Shown: positions 35,469 to 46,439 of the stretch, piece by piece | Numbering within the stretch: position 1 is the stretch's first letter | How the letters are laid out: each line of letters begins with the position of its first letter | Origin: Bispira polyomma | Taxonomy: Eukaryota | Direction of reading: 5' to 3' | Assembly (NCBI GenBank): GCA_965649765.1 | Contig: OZ287752.1 | Coordinates: forward strand, 86,676,001-86,740,000 | Length of the DNA: 64,000 bases | The notes under the pieces: generated by a model | Told to the model about the DNA's origin: nothing | What the model saw: only the letters and a program-made list of their open reading frames with translations | Database searches by the model: none | Translations under genes and position numbers: made by a program

Positions 35469-38400
35469 TTAACTGGGATCATAATTGTACTGCAGTCGAT
35501 CTGGGGGTCTGTGATCTCGGGTTGATCTGCGAGGTCTTGGTGGGGAGTTGGTGTCTGTCTGCAAGACAACACTTATCTGGTCTTGAATAAAGCTACAAGG
35601 GTCAACGTCTTCACATATCTTAACTAGATCTGGAGAGTTAAGAGCTAGGGCCACATGGTTAGAATTATCAGTCTGCTCTTCATCTGGAGGATCATTGGAA
35701 GTTCCAGGACAATTAAGTCCACTTCCTGTATCACCACTGGAAGTTCCAGGACAATTAAGTCCACTTCCTGTATTACTGCCAGAAGTTCCAGGATAATTAA
35801 GTCCACTTCCACCCTGAGTTTCCTGGAGGGCACCTTCTCCAGTTCTCAAATCCGAGGATATTTCTTCAACTTCTGGGATAACTTCATGTGGTTCTTCAAT
35901 AACCATCTCATCTTCGTCTGATGAATCAGTGAAAGACGTGTGCTGACATACTCCTTGTTTCCTAACAGCTTGATACAACCAGACTAAATCACCAGTATTA
36001 AATGACTTCCCATAAGCTCTTCTGTCATAATACCGTTTTTGTCGTTCACTTGCTTTCTGTAGTTTTACCCTCACATATCCGTGGGCTAACTCTAGTCTGT
36101 GTTGTAGAACCTGGATATATTCTTCAGCTTCAAGCTCTTGTCCTGGAGGACTGCCGAAAATTACATCGACTGGAAGAAAAATTTCACGACCTAACATCAA
36201 TAAGTTAGGGGATGCATTGGTACTCTCTTGTGCCATCGATCTGTGAGCTAGGAGTAGAAACGGTGTGTAACTGTCCCAGTCTTTCTGGTGTTCAGACACA
36301 AAAGTACTCAACATGCTTTCCAAGGTTCTGTTCATCCTCTCAACAAGCCCATCACTCTGTGGGTGAAATGGTGTTGTTCTAGTCTTGTCAATATCTAATA
36401 ACTCTTGAAATATGGCAGATTCAAATTGCCGTCCTTGATCGGTATGTATAGCGAGTGGTACTCCAAATCTACAGATGAATTCCTCTACTACCTTGCGAGC
36501 TATGGTAATTGCTTCTTGGTTGGGTATGGGATACGCTTCCACCCACTTAGTGAAGTAATCAGAGAGGACTAACAAGTATCTATTCCCTCTGTCACTTCTG
36601 GGAAGGGGGCCCATTATGTCCATAGCAATTCTTTCCATGGGCATCCCAGCTTTAATGTGTCCCATCTTTCCACGATTTTTCTTGCTGGGTCTTTTCTTGG
36701 AAGCACACAACTCACAGGTACTGCACCATTTTTGGACATCTCTTCTGTGACCATACCAGTAAAATCTAGCTCTTACACTGGCTAGTGTTTTATGTTCCCC
36801 AAGGTGTCCACCAGTGGGATGGTCATGGATCATTTTCAGTACCTCTTGACGTCTGCACTCAGGAACCACCAGCTGCCATATAGATTTTCCAGTAACATCT
36901 TCATCCCACAGTTTGTAAAGGACCCCTTGCTTAATCTCTAACTGATTCCACATGCACCAGTAAGTTTTACTGGCTGCTGACAAAGATGATATTTCACTCC
37001 ATTCACACTTCCATTTCTGTACTTCACTTATTATTCTGTCTTCGCTTTGTTCGTCTGCAAGTTTACTACTACCGATACTGGCAATCCACTCAGCATCAGA
37101 CACATCATAGTTGATTCTTTTGGCACCATTCTCATGTTCAGCTTGGGCTCGAGTTAGTACTGACAGCTGTAGAGGTGTACTCTGCTTGTCTATTGCACTG
37201 ATTACATTGCCTTCGGGATAATGTATCTGCATTACTGTGTAGCCTACGGCGGATTTTGAATGGCGGATTTTGAAATCGTACATTGATAAAGTACGAATGA
37301 TAAAATGGTTGCCATAGATGAAATGTCTCAAGTGTTTTACAAAATGTACCACTGCCAGAAGTTCTTTTCTGGTAACGCAATAACATTTTTCTGGTTTGGA
37401 TAAACTTCGACTGGCATAAGCAATAACCCTTTTTTTTCCCTCAATGATTTGTGATAGAACTGCTCCGATGCCGTAGTCACATGCGTCAGTGTCAAGTATG
37501 AATTGACATTCTGGTCATGTGTATGCTAACACAGGTGCTTCTGTCAGCTTCTGTTTCAATACTTTAAAGGCTTCCTCACACTTTTCAGTCCATACAAATT
37601 GCCTTCCTTTCTTTGTAAGTTCATGTAGAGGTGCAGCTACCACAGCAAAATTCTTGATAAACCTGCGGTAGTATGAACAGAGCCCCACCTCTTCTAACTT
37701 CGGTGATACTTGAAGGACGTGGCCACTTCTGAATACTCTCGATTTTTGCTGGATCAGTAGAGACCCCCTCTTCAGATACCAAGTGTCCTAAGTATGAAAC
37801 TTGTTTTTGAAAAAATACACATTTCACTGGTTTTAGCGTCATCTTTGCGTTGCGAATTCTGGCGAATACTTCCCTTAATCTTTTTATCTTCTCATCAAAA
37901 CAAGAGGCAAATATGACCATGTCATCTAAATATATCAGAAGCATTTTGTACTGAAGTCCATTGAAGATGTTTTCCATAAAACGTTCAAAAGTTGCGGGAG
38001 CATTGCATAACCCAAAAGGTAAGACTTTGAACTGATAAAGCCCTCCGTCGGGAGTGGTGAATGCTGTCTTTTCACGGTCTTTTGGCTCTACTTCGACCTG
38101 CCAATATCCGGCCTGAAAATCAACTGTTGAAAAGTATTTAGCGCCTGCTAAAAATGGAAGATCTGTCTGATAATCAGGGATAGCTTTAGCATCGCCTCTA
38201 GTCACTGAGTTGACCAATCTGTAATCTATGCAATATCTCCAAGTGTTATCTTTCTTCTTCACTAAGACCACTGGAGAAGACCAAGGACTGTCCGAAGATT
38301 CAATGATACCTGTGTCTAACATATCTTGCGTCTGTCTCCTTGCCTCTTCACGGAGATGAATTGGAATTCTTCTAGGGCGCAACTTGATAGGATGTGCATC

Positions 38401-39399
38401 ACCAGTATCATGATGTTTTACTTTGTCCATCCTTCTAAGGTCACCGGAGTCTTTGGCAAAAATATCTTGATACTGCATCAATAATTCTGACATGGTCTGC
38501 ACTTGATCTTCATTTAAATGTGTTGAACTCCTCAGAATTAGGTCTCTTAAATGTTCTGGAATATGTTGAGGATGATCCTGGCTATGTGTGTGTACTGTTC
38601 GTCTAATGGAAGCACAAGTATCTTGTCCCACATCATCCCATGAGTCTGCAGGATGACACAAGGCAACAGTGGTTCTTTCTCTCAGTTCAATATCTTCTTC
38701 AGTTGCATTCATGATTTGCATGACCACTTGACCTTTGTGTATATTCACGAGAGATCGTGCCACCAGGAGTCCATATCAGTCTGTAAATTTTTCTGTCCCT
38801 TCTAACACATTGATCTGACATTCATTCCCTCTACGATGAACTTGACCAATCACCAGTTTTTCATGTCGTGCTGGTACTGTAGTAGTGTGTTTGAGTGACA
38901 CTCTGCAACAAGAAAACTCTTCACCTTCATTACACATGTTGATATTTGTATTCTGAATTGTTAACAACTGGCTGGCTAAGTCTAACTTACAGTCATGTTC
39001 GACTAAAAAGTCCATTCCTAAGATGGCATCGTCTTTTATATCGGCTACCACAACTGTGTGACTTACTCTCAGATAACCTAATGTAATTTCACTCAATCTT
39101 TGGCCCATCACTGGCATTGGGTCACCATTAGCCTGGACAAGTTCAAAATCCACAGGTTCAAGTGCTTGTTCTGGGCAAACTAAGTTCCTCTTTGACACTA
39201 CAGTAATGCTGGCTCCCGTATCCACTAAAAATTTCATTGGTTGACCATCAATTTGTCCAATCACTACTAATCCGGATCCCTTCTTAATTGTTATGACTTG
39301 TTTTGGCCTTTCACATTGGACTGTACCTTTCCCAATAGGCACAGCCCGCCTTAGTTTGACGTATTTTGAATCTTGTGGTACTGTCGAGGTTTGTTGCAC
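35469..39399 (-). pseudogene. Gypsy pol: protease (38776-39399), RT (37621-38763), RNase H (about 37330-37680), integrase (35469 to about 37000); several disablements
   Basis: FLVDTGAS; WRYCIDYRL and IYLDDMVIF; ILDTDACDYGIGAVL; HDHPTGGH...C..C, MDIMGP, HTDQGRQFES, DGLVERMNRTL. In-frame TGA at 38776 and frameshifts near 37680 and 37200-37350. Confidence 0.95.
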
Positions 39400-40401
39400 T
39401 CAGTCTTGTAGTGTCCTTTTTCCCCGCAGTTCCAACATTCAATATCTTTTCGGTCCTGCCTACTGGTCCCTTGTCTTCTATATTCCTGTTTTGTTTGGAA
39501 TTTTTCTATGATTTCTTGTAAATGACTAATTTGCTTCTGCATCATCTGCAAACTTCCAGACTCGTTGACTGTAGTTGGTGGTGTATTTTTTTTGCTGTAG
39601 TTGTCGATTAGCCTCAGATTCTTTCATCCCTGAGCCCGCTGACGCTCAGCCTTTTTGTATGCCTCCATCTCTACTGCTGCACAAACAGCATCATCTAATG
39701 TTTTGGCTTTTACTTGATATATCCTCCATCAAAGATCATTGTCATCCAAAGCGTCAATAAATGAGTCTCGCCCGAGAATGTCCATCACATCCTGCATGGC
39801 TGTCGGGTAGGCCCTCTGAACTAAATGTCGTATTTCTTGAGCTAGTTCAGGTAGACTCTGTGATCCCTTTCTTTGAAAGTTTCTTAATTCCGCTCTGAAC
39901 AGTTCAGTCTGGATTAAGGGCGGCCACCAAATCTTGATAATTCTGTCGTGTCTGTGGAGTTAAAGTCCTCATGAGCTGACAAGCTGCTCCTCTAAGACTA
40001 ACACTGAGATACTGGGCTTTTTGTCTGTCATTCCACTCGTTGAGATCCGCACAGATTTCAAAATGGCTAATAAATTCTGACCAGGATCCACATCCATTGA
40101 AATGATCTGGCATAACTTGTGGTCGCTTATTACTGGCCATTACCCCACCTGGGTTTCTGTTCTCCCTCTCCTGGTATCTCACCGGTCCTGGGGCACGACT
40201 TCTAAACATATCTGGCCCCACGTCGGGTTGTGGAATCTCATTATCACCTTGTTCGTACATCAGACATTCTGCAGCCGCTTGAAGTCTTTCCATTTGGCCA
40301 TCATCCCTGGTATCAATATCAATAAGTGATGATTCCTTAGGACGAACATCCCCAGATCCATGCTCTTCTGAGCTATCAATACAGTTAGGTGTGTGTGACA
40401 T
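39351..40401 (-). pseudogene. Gypsy gag with zinc knuckle (frameshifted)
   Basis: VMPDHFNGCGSWSEFISHFEICADLNEW capsid-like region; CWNCGEKGHYKTEC is a CX2CX4HX4C knuckle. Confidence 0.9.
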
Positions 40402-40459
40402 TTCTATGATTACTTCAAGGCAGAATTCGTACCACTGGATCTCTTATCAAAAATAAAAG

Positions 40460-40477
40460 ATCCCACTTCTGACACCA
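40460..40477 (-). promoter_or_regulatory. Primer-binding site complementary to the 3' end of tRNA-Leu
   Basis: TGGTGTCAGAAGTGGGAT, 2 nt inside the 5' LTR; complement of ATCCCACTTCTGACACCA, the 3' end of metazoan tRNA-Leu(CAG/CAA). Confidence 0.9.
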
Positions 40478-40479
40478 GT

Positions 40480-42240
40480 TGTAACGGACGAGCAGTCTAC
40501 TTATTTAAATGGTAGGAGCTAGTATAGTTCTGCTGTCACACGTTGTAGATATGACTATCTAAGTTAAGTTATCTCTTATGAAGGGATGTGGTCTCTCTCT
40601 AATCTCAATATAGACATATAGTGGTGCAGTCTATATACTTCTAAAGTGATGTAGTGTCTCTCTAATCTCTATATAGACCTATTGTGGGGTAGTCTATATA
40701 CTTATGAAGTGATGTAGTCTCTCTCTAATCTCTATATAGACCTATTGTGGTGCAGTCTCTATACTTATGAAGTGATGTTAATGTGTGTGTATTGTCTATT
40801 ATTTTCTTTCCTTAAGAACTTAATTAGTTTTAGATAGGTGTTTAAATATGGTTGCCCTTAAGTGACTTATTCAAATAAAAAAAAACCAGTCAATTCAACA
40901 ATGACCTTAAGTAGTCCAGATTTATTTATATACAATAAGATATTTGGTAATATTTATAACTATAATGACTACACAGCTAGTTGTAGTTAAATTTCCCACT
41001 AACCAGTTATTTAAATATTAGTCAGTAATTTGGGTATAATTTTATATACATGAAGTAGATATTTACAGAATAAATAAATGTACTGACATCTATGAGTAAG
41101 ACAGTCAATTTTGTACATCAGTTGTACTGTCGCATCTGTTTATAACAGTTAAAAAAAAGTATCACACAAGTGATTCACTGTATAAAATACTACCAGAAGA
41201 TAAATTTGTAGTAGGATGTCCAAATTTGGGGAATGTTTACATGACCTTCACCATAAATTACCGCCAAATTAATATCTGTCAAAATGGGCCTAAAATAATA
41301 TATGGAGTTATCAAAGTGGTCCCAAATATTAATAAACTATAAATAAAATTACTAACTGTCAATATCTGAAAGCTGATCTAATAACTTCTAAATGCTGAAG
41401 AGTTGTAAGAATAACTGTTCACACAGGGAGTTTCCAGACTGAAACCGCCAAATTCACAGAGCAGAGAGGTTATATAATGTATGCTGTAACCAAGGAGATC
41501 TGACATGCTCTGTGCTCAGTCACGGAGAATTGTACTAATCAATACATTTCTAAGGCTAAACTAAATTTCTAGAACCAAGTATAAATGCCTAAGTAATCAT
41601 TCTAATGATTAAATATACTAAATAACAATATTATATAACATTTATAAAGCAGTTTACCCTGTTTAATAGCCCTAAATTGTTAATATAAACTTCTACTAAA
41701 CTTTGTTTTAGTCTCGTACTTCACTTCCTGTCTGGGAAGATATCAACAAGTAACTGTCAAACATGGCTGACAGCAGCCAAATTAATTCCATAAACTGGCT
41801 CAGAAACAACATAGAATCAATATTTATACAACAAAACCCCTAGAAACCACTTTACACAAGGTCAGTTATAGTTTATACTAGCTAGATTACATAATGTAAG
41901 TCCACAGTGAAAACAATATATTTCTCGTAACTTTAGTCTATTTACCGGTCCAAATTCTGGCTCACAGATCAACTGATAAGATAACAAGGCTATATATTCT
42001 GGCTTGTGCCTGAGTTCTAGCTCACCCAAAATCACCCTAGCCCACTATTTACTGATCACAGATAAGATAAGTCCATTATCAAATATGTGGTACTGTATAG
42101 TTAATTAATTACGCATAGAAAGTGAGCTTAGTTTGCCTATAAAATATGCACTGAGTGGTAAATATATCACACAGCTTGATATCAGACAATCAATATATTC
42201 CACTCTAGCTGTATAAGACTTATTATCCAGATCCGCTACA
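40480..42240 (-). repeat. 5' LTR
   Basis: Near-identical to 32142-33901. Confidence 0.97.
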
Positions 42241-42479
42241 ATATATAGGTACATTTTTTGATAATAATATATAGGTACAGCATTTTAAACAAACTGAATT
42301 TGTTTTGGAGCTTTATACTGGAGCTACTGGTATCGTGAGACAGGGAGGATAAGTCTTTAGAGATAAATGTCTATTTACAAAGGTAAATTACTTCTTGATG
42401 TGAGGGCATCATATGGGAAAATGGAAAAAAGTGGTTAAATTTGATTCGTTATCCAGATGTGAACATACCATTGCCTTAT

Positions 42480-44400
42480 AGTATTATTATGACGAATTTT
42501 TAACACGCTTTATTGATGCTAGGCATTTTCTAAAGCGCAACGGCAGAATCATGGGTCCAATCATTAAGTCCATGGACATTGTAAAGTCGTAAGGAAGGAA
42601 GTTGGAGCGTGCACGAGGAAAGCTAAGGTGGGTAGGTAAGATTAAAAAGATAGATTTTAAGCCTTTTCCTGAAACCGATAAGTGTGTCATCTGATCTGAG
42701 GTCAACTGGGAGACTGTTCCATAACAGTGGAGCTGCAGTGGAGAATGTTCTAGATCCCGCCTTCCTGATTGGTCTGACTGAAGAGACAGAGAGTCTGTTG
42801 CCTCTCTTGCGGTTACTGAAGGAGAGAAGGGCGGCAAGGTAGGATATTGTTGAGTCACTACGGCCTTAAAAGTAGTAACATGGATCTTGAACAAAATATG
42901 AGAATGAATGGGCAGCCAGCGTAATTTTTTGAGATAAGGAGTGACGTCTGTGCAACAACCCAGGCGAAAAATGACCCTACATAGGAAGTTTTGGATGGAC
43001 TGGAGCTTTTTAATGTTGACTTGAGTATCATCTGCATACATGTGGTGTTTTATATTATGTTTATTGATGACAGTGCTGAGAGGATGTGTATAAAGGGTGA
43101 AGAGTAGAGGGCCAAGGACGGATCCCTGGGAAAATCCATATGGTAGCTTAATGGAAGATGATAGGTAATCATCTAATTTAATTCTTTGTGCCCTAAAAGT
43201 AAGGTAGGATCTGATCCATTTAAGGACACTGCCATTTATACCGAACCACTGCTTGAGAGTGTCACAGAGCATGACATGATCAATAGTGTCGAATGCAGCT
43301 GACAGATCCAGAAGTACTATATTGATTGGTAATCTGATCCATTTAAGGACACTGCCATTTATACCAAACCACTGCTTAAGAGTGTCACAGAGCAGGATAT
43401 GATAAATCTTGTCTAATGCAGCTGAGAGATCCAGAAGGGTGAGGGCCACTGTCTCGTTGCGGTCCAGTGCAAGATTGATATCATTGCTGATGTCAAAAGG
43501 GCACTTTCTGTAGAGTGGAATTTTCTGTAAGCAGACTGGTGGCGATTTTCAATGTTTTGTCCATTAAGGTGGTCAGAAATTTGTTGAGCTGCAGGTTTTT
43601 CAAAGACTTTTGAGACGAAGCTGACGTTTGACACCAGTCTGTAGTTTTTGAGCTGATTTTTATCAAGCCCTTGTCTTTATCAAGGGAGTTACACTTTCCG
43701 TCTTGAAACAGGTGGGAAAAACAGCATCCCGAAGAGAAATATTTATTTGTGTTTGTTATGGGTGTGACTAGAATGTCAAGACACTGATTTAGAATAACTG
43801 CTGGGATAGGATTTAATTCACAAGATTTAATAGTAGAAGATATTATGAGTTTCAAAACTTCCTGCTCTGACAGTGTACTGAAATGGAACAGGTTAAAAAC
43901 CATATATCCTGGGGTTGGAGGACTAAAGTGATATATTGTTGGAAAGCCGTTGCGAATATTGCTGATTTTTTCTATGAAAAAGTTTCCAGATTTTTCGGCT
44001 AAGAGAGTTAGCCAATGGTTTATGGGGAGAACTTTCTCCGATGTTTGATGTAGAATTTTGTTTATGGAGGCCTATAATCTTTTGGGATTATCCTGATTTT
44101 CACTGATGATAGAGTAGTAATGTTGCTTTTTGGCATCAGATATTAGCCTGTTGTAATTATTTGTTATTTGACTTCTGTCAAAGGAGGATTTTGTACGTCG
44201 CCATTGATGCTCAAGTTGGCGTTTGCATCTTTTGGCCTCTGTAATGGCGCCCTTGGTCCATTCATGGGGGTTAGTTGGGGGAAGGTTTTTAAATACCCAA
44301 GCCGCATGTTTATCAAAATAGTAGAAAGGCAATGATTGTATTGTAAGCTAAGGCTATCAGCATTTTTGCGTGGATGGTTGATGATATTTGTTTCCATTTA
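42480..44400 (-). mobile_element. Decayed L2-like LINE with an internal tandem duplication of about 120 bp
   Basis: QSAYRKFHSTESALL; LLDLSAAFDTIDH present twice (duplication about 43210-43440); QGSVLGPLLF; YADDTQ; VTPYLKKLRWLPI; (ATA)n tail at about 42485. Confidence 0.9.
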
Positions 44401-44715
44401 TTTATAATGACCCATCAATGCTACGTTATTGTGCTATACTCCTTTTTGGAAAAGAGGTGATTTAACATCAATATGATGTTATAGAAATATTGTAAATAAT
44501 ACTTCAAATATGCAAACAATGCAAACAAATCAACTCTCCATACACTTGTAAAACATTGACATCTTTAGTTTATAAACAAAAATATCCGTTCAACATAATC
44601 TGATTTTTATTCACATCTCATGTCAAAGAAATGCTAATTTTTACAAACTTAATCACAAATCTAATTGTTACTGTAGAACTGTCCTTTGAATATCATCATA
44701 TTCAAACTGTTCTCA

Positions 44716-44935
44716 GGGTCCACGGTGGCCTAGTGGTTACAAATCGTAGCTTCAAAAGCACTGGCATCAATGTAGGTTTGTTAACTGTACATTCCTTCAT
44801 TTGGGATTGTTTGTCAGGTTCTGGTTGTGTGGTCGTGTTTTGCAAGTGCTTCAGCACTGCTCTATTTCGACATTAAATCTGGCCGTTGTGATATGACCTT
44901 AGCTTTTGAAAATTAGGCAAAACCCAACTGAACTC
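44716..44935 (+). mobile_element. tRNA-derived SINE (MetaSINE/MESC-like), near-complete copy
   Basis: A-box GTGGCCTAGTGGTT, core GTTTGTCAGG...CAGCACTG, tail CCGTTGTGATATGACCTTAGCT.TTGAAAA...CCCAACTGAACTC. Confidence 0.65.
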
Positions 44936-45569
44936 TTTCTTGCCTGTGCCCTAAAGCTTTTTGACATCATGACAAAAATCACGCGCTCCAACATGATCAC
45001 ATTTTGGCTCTGGGACTAGTTTTAGGTAAAGTGCAATTATAGGAACAAAATAGGAAGATAAAAGAAAACTAGATGCAGTTTGGTATAATCCATTAGTTGT
45101 TTCTTTGTTTCTTTGAATATTGCAGGGACATATCTGGAAGTTCCGTGTATGACGTCAGCAGTTTCAGTAAATTAGGTTTCAGCTTCTCTTGCCCCCTGCA
45201 TAAAATACTGGTGATATTTGATGTCTTTTTGGGGAGAGAGATGCATAAAACAAGACCTTTTTGTAGACCTTTTGATGTTGTGTTCAGAAATAAATTCTTA
45301 CAAATGAAGCAGAGTGATTTATCACTTGTAAAACTGGCTACAGTAATAATATAGCTAAAAGAATCTGTTTCTGTTTTGCAAAGGCCATTTTCTAAAAGTA
45401 GTGCATCTGTAACAAGTGTTATCAAGGAAATAATACATTTGAAAAGGAGGAATGTTTTTAGAATTTTCTAAAACAATAATGAAAGGTTCTATTAATTTGT
45501 AATTTTTATGTTACACAAAGTTGTAAACCTATTGTGGTAAACATTTAAAGAAATACTGTAACAAGTTAT

Positions 45570-46160
45570 TGTATCATACCATTTCTACGATTCTGGACAA
45601 TCATGCTCCATGGATCTCTAAAAACCTGCCCCCAAAAACCCCCATGAATGGACCCTTTGCTGCAATCACTAAGGCCAAAAGATACGCAGACTCATCGATT
45701 TCACTCAATTCCTCAAAAAACTACACTGACTTCCCATTCATTCGTAAATTTTGTTTAAAATTTACGTTACCACATTCAAGGCTGTAGTTACTCAACATCC
45801 TGCCTATCTCGCGTTCTGTCTCTCTTTAAGTAACCTAAAAAGAGGCAATAAACTCTTTTTTCTTCTTCTTTTAAACCCTCCAGGAAGGCTGGATTTAGAG
45901 AAATCTCTGTTGCAGCTCTCTTGTTATGGAACAATCTTCTAGTTGACACACTTATCGGTAAGGAAAAAGCTAAAAACCTATCCTTTTAACGTGGCTTTTC
46001 CACCGTCGTTTCCCTCAATTACAACCCCCATCCTTTCTTGCGACCTTGCTATGTCCATGGATTACACGATTAAATCACTGATCTGCTGTTGTGCTTTAGA
46101 AGATGCCTAGCATCAATGAAGGTTATTAAAATGCATAATAATACTACTAATAATAATAAT
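45570..46160 (+). mobile_element. Rearranged fragments and 3' end of the same L2 family as 42480-44400
   Basis: LDNHAPWISKNLPP and FKIYVTTFKAVVTQHP match the 42.5-44.4 kb copy; tail GCCTAGCATCAAT.AAG...(AAT)n. Confidence 0.75.
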
Positions 46161-46439
46161 ACAAGTGCACTGTAAGCAGAGTTTATTGCCTTGGGTTTAT
46201 CTTATGAAGACAAAATATCTGTTCCCCTTAACTATTTTATGTTCATAAACATCTCATATTTACTGAGACAAGGTTATAATTCTGTCTGCTAATACAATAT
46301 ATTTTATAATCTAAAACTTTTGATAGTAACAGGTTTAGCATTCAAAATTTAGTTGGGATTTACATTGTTTTCAACAACTTTGGTTTTAATGACCGACTTA
46401 ATGGTGCAAGAAGCCAGTGCTGAATGACTGTTTGTGGCC

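Larger units (their letters stand above)
32142..42240 (-). mobile_element. Full-length Ty3/Gypsy LTR retrotransposon with extra 3' ORF
   Basis: Two 1.76-kb LTRs with TG...CA ends; 4-bp TSD ATAT (32138-32141 and 42241-42244); PBS; PPT; gag-PR-RT-RH-IN order. Confidence 0.97.

Noticed and set aside
32142-42240. Steamer/Mag-clade identity suggested by the tRNA-Leu PBS
   Set aside because: Very long LTRs, a 4-bp TSD and the RYCIDYR-type RT motif do not fit my recollection of Steamer; a PBS alone is not diagnostic and an RT phylogeny is needed.
45093-45425. 110-aa ORF as a host exon
   Set aside because: The paralogous block at 7420-7700 does not preserve the frame and no domain is recognisable.
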